Assembly (NCBI RefSeq): GCF_964204645.1
Contig: NC_134027.1
Location: 6,418,485-6,482,484, forward strand
Direction: 5' to 3'
DNA: 64,000 nucleotides
Source of the DNA: Tubulanus polymorphus
Lineage: Eukaryota; Animalia; Nemertea
A program made the translations under genes and the position numbers. The notes beneath the pieces were generated by a model. That model made no database searches. It saw nothing but the letters and a program-made list of their open reading frames with translations, and was not told the DNA's origin. Positions 49,864 through 59,364 of this stretch are shown in pieces. Numbering within the stretch: position 1 is the stretch's first letter; every line of letters starts with the position of its first letter.

Positions 49864-52619
49864 TCTATCAATGTGTATTAATTGGCGGAAGAACAAAATC
49901 CTAGAATACAGAAACAATACAAATGCAAATAAAACTAAAGTTGATTAATCCTTATTTTTGCATGCATTTATAATTCAATTTGACTGCCCATCACAGACCA
50001 GATTCGATCATCAAAATCTATTGAAACTTATTGGAATTTCTTTTAACTGAGCAAATAAGAAGTGGTGATTTAAATAAATGAATGTAATATCTTTTGTATC
50101 ACTGTGCAGCTTCAAACCATGCAACAAGTGTAAAGTTTCTGCGCACTCCTAACCATTCTTTAAAGAATAACATTCATTCTCCACAGGTCATAGATGATTT
50201 AGATAATTGGTTTGCTTATCAGCATATAGAAAGCAAAATGACAAACGCACTACACCTTGTACATCTGAGTACAATCGAGGTCCGGACCATGCAATATGAA
50301 TGCTTGCATGCATATCAATGATGTAAAATTCATTCCATGTACAACTTTACTTACTCATCACCTCCTGATGAATGAGGAGGAAACATAAGGCTACATTTAG
50401 TTTGTGAAATAAAAGTGATTCACTTCTTTCTTTTAGTTTCTTCATAAAAAATCATAGAAAGTGGTCAGAGATATTTTATGGATGCTAACTTTTAAGTAAG
50501 GCCAATTCTTTTTTAGCCTTCTTAATGACCGTTATTTTACAACCGATGAGAAAAATATTGATAACGCTATTATAACTAGGTTTAGTGTTAGGCCTAGTTT
50601 AGGAGGGTTAGTATTGTTACTTATTGTAGTATTAGTAATCAAATGTAGAAAAAAGGAAAACTTGAATTGAACAGTCAATCATCATAGCATCACGACAAGT
50701 CGACATCAATCAATCAGTCAGTCAGTAAAAATCAATCAGTCAAAAAAAAGCAACTGATAATACTAATTAATAGCCCATATCTGCCCCTTTTTGGCATCAG
50801 TCAGTCACTCACTGGGTCTCTGGGGTGTAGTCACTGTATTAAAATACTTGATATATCTGAATGATAATGTGAAAGTAATGGTGTTGGATGATAGATTTAA
50901 TAAAAAAAATAGCCTACACACCGTCAATTTTTGCATTACTACTCGCAAAAGGTTGAAAGCCTGTTTTGGTCGATGGCTAGTGACGTCATCAAGATCGCCT
51001 TTTTGTTACTCCCACAGCTAAACAACTCACTTTTGACGGTTAACCGCTGAATTTGAATTTGCTGTCAAGTGTATTCTTGCTGGCTGTTGATTAAAAGATT
51101 GTGAATCATGTTTTCCGAACGTGTTAAGCTTGTCTCCGGACCAGTTGGTGGGTATATTGGTTTGAAAAAAGAGGTAGATTGCAAGATTATAAAAAACTCA
51201 CTGGGTAACACTGGTGAACGCCGCGAGCATCGTGCACGGTGGTGCAGGCGAGGCGTCGCGACCGCGCGGCGGCAGGGCTTTTTAATTTTGGCTTTTGCCA
51301 GTTTTGGAGTCTTGTTATTGCCACCACGGCCACGTTACCACCACACTCACATTGTCGCTAGGCCTACTGTACTGCCACTACTTTACTTGCTACTTACTCG
51401 GCTAAATTAATTTGTCTTCATCCACGCTTACTTCCCCCCTCCCCCCCCCCCCATGTTAACAAGTAATTTCTGCCAACCGAACCACCAGTCGCAGTAGCCG
51501 TAGGCAGTATACTATAGTGCAGTAGTGGGTACCCAGTGGCATGCCATTGCCATGCCACTGGGTATAGGCCTATGTTGCCCGTACACAGTCACCACCTACT
51601 AGGCCTTAAATATTCCAACAACCATTCCAAATCCAGCAACAAAAAATAAACAATAAATTTTAAGGCATCGAAACAGAAGAATGGTAGTTCCCTGTATTCA
51701 GAGTCAATGAAAATGTATTTCTTGTTGCAGATAGATAGCCTAACCAATTTCAGGATAAGTACTTTTCATTCCTTTATTTATATACGTAGCCTAACTGTTT
51801 AATCCTGGCCCTGGCCACTGAGGGTGTATGCATTAGGTCTGGTCCCAGTTTCACTGAGCTAGTTAGCCAACAATTAAGCTGAGAAATTTTGTTAAGTGGC
51901 AATTCAGGGGCAGATCAGGAGAGTATACAGGGGTGTACACCCCTTAAAACTTTTAAGTCGCAATGAAATTTAAAGGAAAAATTAAAAATATCAACAAGTA
52001 TTTTTAAAAAGCTTATATTCCAAAACATGTTCTCTGTAGGCCTACTTCCAAAATATAGGTATTATGTTTTCTGATGATCTGGTGCCCTTTTGATTTTTAA
52101 TTATATATGATACTGATATGTATGCCCTATTTTGGGCTGCACCCCTCCCTGAATCAGTCTGCCTGCAATTAAGAGGATGTTTATAGATAATTTGATTTAG
52201 AGGAATCTTTTAATTTAGTGCCTGATGTTAGGCCTTCCACAGCCTGGTAGAGGTGGTTTAGGTGAACAAGTTAGTCTTCACACTGCAGGACTTTTAGGTG
52301 AAGGTGAAACTGGCCCTTGTTTATGCATAGGCTACTGTGTGTGCACGCTTATCTTTATGCTTATTCAATTAGAATACCCATGTAGCTACCAAATAAGCAC
52401 CGCTTCAGAGGATTTTAGAAATTTTCACTTCAATAACACTGTGTTCTATTTTTGGGCACTAGCTACTATTATGCACAATTTTTTCAATCAATTCTATCAC
52501 ATTGATATACATATATGTGTCACTTCTTTTGCATGTAGTAGGGTCTTACAGTAACCAGTGTGCTCTCTCACACCTCCCTGTGATATTGGCCTGAGACTGA
52601 CAAATAATCTTTTTTGTAG

Positions 52620-54952
52620 CGTATTGGTCTCGTAGCAGACAGCATTTTAAAGTATGCTGGGCTAGATGGTGTAGGCTTATTTGAATGGACAAGGATCGTG
52701 TGCCCCGGAGGAACCATTGAAACATTGATGGAAGGTAATTTCTCGGTTCAGTACTGATTTATATTGTTCATTTTCATTGGGTTACTGATTAGTTGTATAT
52801 TACAGAATTGAAAAAGGTGAAGATGCTGAATGTGGAACAACTAATCGTCCATGTTGGAACAAATAATATGACGCGTGATGTCCCGCTTGAGATTGTTCTG
52901 CGAAGACACGTTGAATTAATTCGATTGTTGCTCTATAAATGTACTGGGACCATCATTGTACCAGCTCTTTTTCCTCGATGTGATGAGTAAGTATCAAGAA
53001 TAGATTTTTCTTGAAGTACTATATTTATGATCGATGTAATGATTTTTAAATTTCTTTCTTTTTTAAAGTTTCGATGCTGACACAAAAATATTTCATTACA
53101 ATGAAATGCTGCACCGCGAATGCTTTACACTTGGTGTAAAGTTCGTTGATTTTCACTTCTCAAGAGATCTCCTTTCACCGTAAGTAATCGTTTAATCTTA
53201 ATAAGCCCAGTAGGTTATGTGCATTTTTTCGCGATTTAAACTAACTTGTTTTTTTCTAAATTTTGTGATCTAGGACTGACTTGTTACACCCCAGCCGTAA
53301 GGGAAATCAGTTCATAAATAACAGGATAATGGAACTACTGCTATTGAAAGATGAAGATGAAATGTACGTAGAATTTTTCAATGGTGATACTCAATATACA
53401 TTCAATCAGCTTGATGTTTTAGAAGAAAGATTCCCCGATAAAGTATCAATATCCGAGGAACATTCATATGACATTTCAAAAAAATGCCGAAGGTACATAG
53501 GAAATTTAGATTCAATATCCAGTCGTATCTTATTCAATTACGTTATTACAATCGTTCCTGAAAATTGTCTTTCATACGTAGATGGTAATTGCCATTTAAT
53601 CAATTTGAAACTAGGTATATGTACTTGTGAAGCTTTTATAATGATTGGACAACCATATTTTTGCAAACATCTTTTTGCCTGTTTTGCCCAAAAAAACAAT
53701 ATAACCACAACGAAGGCTTTAATTGATGCATATAAATTCCACATTGTGGAGCCTCTGCCAACTTACAATTTTACTCGACAAAATAGTTCTGTTTCATCTA
53801 CCCTCATTGATAAGTTAAAAGATCATTCCCACATTGCTAGCTCGAATGATATCAATGCTGCTCGGAAAGGGCACATTCTAAGTATTTTACATAATGAAAG
53901 CCACTGTGGAATTAAGTTAATAAGCGGACGACCTGCCAAACGACAACCTCACAATATGGCTCATAGGCGTGCTGAGGGTCCAATCAAGGACAATCAGGTT
54001 GCCATAAACCTTCCTGAACTTGAAGTGATAGACCCTTACTGCCCTAAGGTTACAATGCCTAAAGATGCTGAGAATGCAAGACACGGAGGGCGAAAGATAA
54101 TTAGACCTGCTAACAGAGGTGTATCCTTTTCTGCTATGGTTGAAAATGCTGCTATGAAACTAGGTTAAAAAAGCTAAAATATCAGAAATTGAAACCATAG
54201 ACTCCACTGATCCAGATCCTGGCAATGATATCGAATTTTCAGCAGATATTTTAAGTCAGAATAAATCATCCTTACCGAAAAAATCAAAAGATACCAAACC
54301 AAAAGATATTAAGTCATAACCAGTTGTTAAAAATGACTCGAAGTCTGTTTTATTTGAAAAAAGTATTGTCTGTTCCTTTTGTATTAAAGACAAAATAAAT
54401 CCTCCATATCTTTGTTCATGTCGCAGGGAACTAGATAGGCACATATCCACTTCTCATTCATCTTTGAAACCTATCTCATGTGCTATTTGTTGGGCAGATG
54501 GGGTTATTAATTCATATGCAAGTGAAACATTCCTTCAAAAGCACATTCGTATTGAACATAATCATCATAAGAAAAAATCTATTGTAATCGATTATAATAA
54601 TAGAGATGATTATCTCAACAGTTCTCCTATTACAGAAATCAATAATTCCAATACTGAAAAAGAATTAGAAATTCTTATAGATCAACCTGGAAATGCAGGC
54701 CTCCAAAACCTAGCAAAATTGAAACTAGATAATCTTTTGCCATCAAAAGTTGAAAAAACCCCTCCTCAGTTAGTTGCTGAAACCTGCCCTGTCTGCCACA
54801 AAAACTGCAATGCTAATCCTAAGAAAAAGTCCACATTCTCAATTGAATGTGATAATTGCCATAGATGGTATCATTGGAAATGTGCTCCAATCAATGAGGC
54901 TCCTCCTGAACATATCAGGTGGTTTTGTTTTCATTGTGACCCGATTTCCTAA
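52620..54952 (+). CDS. Transposon-borne spliced gene: SGNH/GDSL hydrolase + SWIM finger + two C2H2-like fingers + PHD finger (start exon not found; possible lesions at 54164-54319)
   Basis: Exons 52620-52734 (LVADSI, CPGG), 52806-52986 (IVHVGTNN), 53069-53179 and 53274 onward (TDLLHPSRKG) join in frame. These are followed by CTCEAFIMIGQPYFCKHL (SWIM), CSFC..RHISTSH, CAIC..KHIRIEH, and PHD CPVC..IECDNCHRWYHWKC..WFCFHC. Confidence 0.8.
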
Positions 54953-55694
54953 ATAGTTTGTATTGAATATTATTGATCGGGTTTCGAATGAATCCCTGAC
55001 GTTAGAAATATTTTCATTTCCCATGGTGAACGTAGAAGCCGTCACTTAGTCACCTATATATTTACTCGATTACATATAAGGTTAAGAAGCGATGTATATG
55101 CACTGGTGTTTATAGTGCTCTATTTCAGGTTTTTTCTTTCAGGAAAATATATTTTGTGAATAGATTACCGCTTGATTTTTTATGTTACAGGTTACTGCAA
55201 AATCATCAGTTATTGTGATGCGTGCCGATGTCTCTGGATGATTCTGACCATGTCTAGAACTTCAACATCCTTGACTTATCATCAATTGGCAGCAGTATAC
55301 ATACATGCATGTTCAGAGAGTGTATGGACACATCAACCTCGGTTCAAGGCTGTCCTTGTATAATCCATATATAATATATATAGATTGGTCCCATTTTAAC
55401 TTACTCAACTGCTTGAATGTCTTGTTTGTTATTCGTAAATTTTCACTTATTCATTGATTGTTTCTGTAGAATTTTATATGTGATATATAAACGTGGAAAC
55501 CAGGGCCCATTGCACTATGAAAGACACTTGACATTTTTTTGGGACAGATCTTTCTATATGTTTATGTCCTCGAGGCATCTGAAGTTAAGAAAATTCCCTT
55601 TGAAAACTGGAAATGACATAATGAAATAAGTTGTGGAATGTTTAAATTCGACAAAATGAATGTATTTTGCATTCCTAAGGCCCTATATATTTAC

Positions 55695-56735
55695 TGCAGT
55701 TAGTCCTGTATGTCTTTTTTATCGCAATTTACTGTGGTTTATTCCTGTTTGTCCTGTATGTCTTTGTGATCGCAATCGCAATTCATTGGTTGCATTGTTT
55801 ACTGTTAATCCTGTATGTCTATCGCAATTAAGTTAGTCCTGTATGTCCTGTATGTCTTAGTTAATCGCAATTCATTGGTTGAATTGTCTGCTGTTAGTCC
55901 TGTATGTCCTGTATGTCTTAGTTAATCGCAATTCATTGATTGCATTGTCTACTGTTAGTCCTGTATGTCCTGTATGTCTTAGTTAATCGCAATTCATTGG
56001 TTGCATTGTTTACTGTTAGTCCTGTATATTCTGTATGTCTATCGCAATTAAGTTAGTCCTGTATGTCCTGTGGTTTAGTCCTGTATGTCTTAGTTAATCG
56101 CAATTCATTGGTTGAATTGTCTACTGTTAGTCCTGTATGTCCTGTGGTTTTGTCCTGTATGTCTTTGTGATCGCGATCGCAATTCATTGGTTGCATTGTT
56201 TACTGTTAGTCCTGTATGTCTATCGCAATTAAGTTAGTCCTGTATGTCCTGTATGTCTTAGTTAATCGCAATTCATTGGTTGTTGAATTGTCTACTGTTA
56301 GTCCTGTATGTCCTGTATGTCTTACTTAATCGCAATTCATTGGTTGCATTGTTTACTGTTAGTCCTGTATGTCTATCGCAATTAAGTTAGTCCTGTATGT
56401 CCTGTATGTCTTAGTTAATCGCAATTCATTGGTTGTTGAATTGTCTACTGTTAGTCCTGTATGTCCTGTGGTTTAGTCCTGTATGTCTTAGTTAATCGCA
56501 ATTCGTTGGTTGAATTGTCTACTGTTAATCCTGTATGTCCTGTATGTCTATCGCAATTAAGTTAGTCCTGTTTGTCCTGTATGTCTTAGCTACGAGCAAT
56601 TATCAAACTTGATAATTGCTCGTAGGTCTTAGTTAATCGCAATTCATTGGTTGCATTGTTTACTGTTAAAGCTGTATGTTCTGTATCTCTATCGCAATTT
56701 CATTGGTTGAATTGTTAACAGTCCTCTGTATGTAC
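55695..56735 (+). repeat. Modular minisatellite (about 60-bp variable units)
   Basis: Repeated modules TCCTGTATG, TCTTAGTTAATCGCAATT, CATTGGTTG(C/A)ATTGT(T/C)TACTGTTAG and AAGTTAG in shuffled order. Confidence 0.95.
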
Positions 56736-56866
56736 ATGTAAAAATAATTAAGGTTCTGACAACAGGTTTGTAAAGTAATCAGCTATCTGTTTTGTCTATC
56801 GTTGCTTAAATTGTTAACTGTTGTTTTAGAGTTCTGTATGTCTTTGTCGATCATTTTGTCTGCACT

Positions 56867-57106
56867 CAGGGGCGGATCCAGCATTTTGAAGGGGGGGGGC
56901 AAATGAAAGCAACAACAGATGGCTGTAAGCCATTCCAGAGCAAGCACCGATAACGCGAAGACCCTCCCTAAAAATTTTTTGGAAAAATAGATGCAAGCAG
57001 GTGCATTCTGAGCATTACTTAATAGAAAGATTTCATTCGGTTTTTACTCAGTAACGCATAGATTTGCGGCTACATCGGTAAAAATAGAGGGGTGGATCCG
57101 CCACTG
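56867..57106. mobile_element. Nested MITE with CAG(G/T)GGCGGATCCA termini
   Basis: CAGGGGCGGATCCA ... TGGATCCGCCACTG, 14-bp TIR with 1 mismatch, plus an internal G-run. Confidence 0.7.
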
Positions 57107-57824
57107 AATAGCTATTGTTTTGTGTAGGATTGTATCTGTGAATTAAGTAAAGTTACTTACTCCAGTCTGATGTTATTGCTTATTGCTCGTATTTTATTGT
57201 TTTAAGTGTGCGAATACTTTTCTTAGATTTATGGAGATCAGGATGACGAGGGTTCGATTTGAACCAACAAATAAACAAAAACATTCAAACCTCAAATTAA
57301 TCCGTTTACTTGTCTTTATTTTTGGGGAACATTTTTTTACCTAGTTCAGATTTGATAACACAGTAGTCGCTTGTTCCAAAGCGATGTGCCGTTGAAGACA
57401 GACCTGAAGGTCTTTGCCGATAGCGATGCTATCCAGGATTTCAAAGGATGTGAAGAAGGTGCATCTTCGACAACCATAGTTTGCAGTTTTAACAATTTAA
57501 AACAATAATAGTTTCATTAAACAACTTAAAATTTAAAGATTTAGTGGACTTACTGTTTAACCAGGGCAGGGATTTCTCGCAACCGTACATGATATATACA
57601 TACACTAGCAGTAAATACAATGTACTTCTAACCCTTATAAAACTTAAACTATTATTAGTTATTTTACAATTATTGAACGGCAACGTTGAAATGCGATGTG
57701 CGCTCAGAGCGGCCGTAGTGATTTTGGCGTATTGTGGGATTCGAACCGCTCGGAATTTGTACTAGTGACGTCACTCGCCATCGACCAAAACAGGCTTTCA
57801 ACCTTTTGCTTACTACTCTGGTCG

Positions 57825-57862
57825 GCCGCCATTTTGACGCTATTGAGTGTTGTCATAACAAC
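57825..57862 (-). promoter_or_regulatory. YY1-type motif and RFX X-box-like palindrome
   Basis: AAAATGGCGGC on the minus strand (57825-57835) and GTTGTCATAACAAC (57849-57862), directly outside the transposon's right TSD. Confidence 0.45.
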
Positions 57863-59324
57863 TTGCTAGGTGGCAGCACTGAGAGGTACCTAACTGTATC
57901 GCTCGGGCAGCGGGAGTTTCGAAACGGGCGGCGTTTTTTGAAGATAGTTATTCATATCTCTTCAGGCCTTTTGCCTTTCAATTCTCAACTTGGTTACTTG
58001 CAATTAAAAGATATGAAACGGCTGATGAGGATTGGAATATAGGCGGGTGCTACGAAGTATTGTTTCTGGGCGGGGGGGGGGGGGGATTCCAAGCAATTTA
58101 TTTTCAAACCAGATCTGTCCGTGGACAAATTGCAACTTGCCGGCCGTCACGTGCCACGCAGATCCAAATCTGTTATGTAATAAACCAACCGCCTCTCTAA
58201 TCACCCTGGGTATTCGCCATATTTCACACCGAGAGATCGTGTGGCCTGGCAACTCGTCCTTTTGTTCGTAAGAGGAAATCGCGATTGAGCGCGGTGAAAT
58301 ATGTTTGAGCAGAGATCATCCTGTGATTGGTCAGACTCGTACCCGGACTGACCCTTGAGTGGTTAGAGGGGATTGTCCACCCGTTCTATTATAATAGGTT
58401 GTCCGCGAACTGCATTTGAAATTTTTAAAGCAAATCGACTCAGACGTTATCTCCGAAGGAAAACAGCAAAAAAATTAATGGACCCAACCCCAATCGCGTC
58501 CTTATCGGAATAAACGAAACGAATTAACGATCTACGAAATTAACTAAATGATGGGTTCGACTGAGGATAATCATTCATGATTTTTATGGCACCAAACGTC
58601 AAAGTTGCTAGGGGAAACCGTCTACATCAAATTATGTATGATACCATTAGCCTATCTGTTCCAATTTATTTTCATCGTAATCATTCTTGAGGTTTTTCGA
58701 AAAACCGAAAATTAAATTCGAAATTAAATCCAAATAATCGAATTAAACTCGAAAAAACTTGCCAGCTAATTCTAGCTAAATGCGAGTAGAATAGGAGCGT
58801 TGGGTGACATGAGGAATTTATCATTTAAAATTCATGGTCGATTGGTCCGCGTACATTCCGACACATCCGTGTGTGTGCGTGTCAAAACCCGTGTCTCATT
58901 TAGCTTTTCATTCTAGCATAGCAACAAAAGTGGCCCGTTGCATCCAATTGCGTGCGAGAGCATTGTGCTCTGAATGCACCTGACGCGACGCGACCCGCTT
59001 CATATTCACAAGTCATCGTCGCTACTCAACCGGTTCACATTTAATCCCGACCAAGTCACAGTCGCAGTCAGTCCGCTGTCAGCTGCGCCCGGATGAATAC
59101 CACCGCGTCAGCTGTGTTGAAGAATCTATTTGAGGAAACTGGAATTCAGTCGGTGGAATAAACAGAAACAGAAATAACAGGTTTCGAACGCTGATAAAAC
59201 TTTCATGTTTAGTACTGCGACACACGCATCGATTCAACAGGTGTAACTAGCAGCGCGCACTGACTTCAGAAAGACACTAGTGAAGTTTCGAAGCTGCGGT
59301 GAACACTGAGAGGGGCATCACACC

Positions 59325-59364
59325 ATGTCTCGCCGAAAACAAGCGAAACCAAGGCATGTCAGGG
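59325..59364 (+). CDS. First coding exon of a NuRD-recruiting zinc-finger transcription factor (ZNF423/521, FOG/ZFPM, SALL or BCL11 type); remainder probably beyond the window
   Basis: Kozak CACCATG, peptide MSRRKQAKPRHVR, then a GTAAGT donor. No further coding exon was recognised before 64000. Confidence 0.85.

Larger units (their letters stand above)
50945..57809. mobile_element. Mutator-like (MULE) TIR DNA transposon, 6865 bp, apparently non-autonomous
   Basis: 44-bp TIRs (50945-50988 and 57766-57809; GCAAAAGGTTGAAAGCCTGTTTTGGTCGATGGC[T/G]AGTGACGTCA, 1 mismatch), exact 9-bp TSD TTACTACTC (50936-50944 and 57810-57818), and an internal SWIM zinc finger. Confidence 0.9.

Noticed and set aside
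55695-56735. Possible CRISPR-like array
   Set aside because: There are no unique spacers and no cas genes, the context is eukaryotic, and every segment is itself repeated.
57340-57480. Possible second, convergent gene (mudrB-like) in the transposon
   Set aside because: Only short minus-strand ORFs and isolated donor sites are present; no consistent spliced frame could be built.
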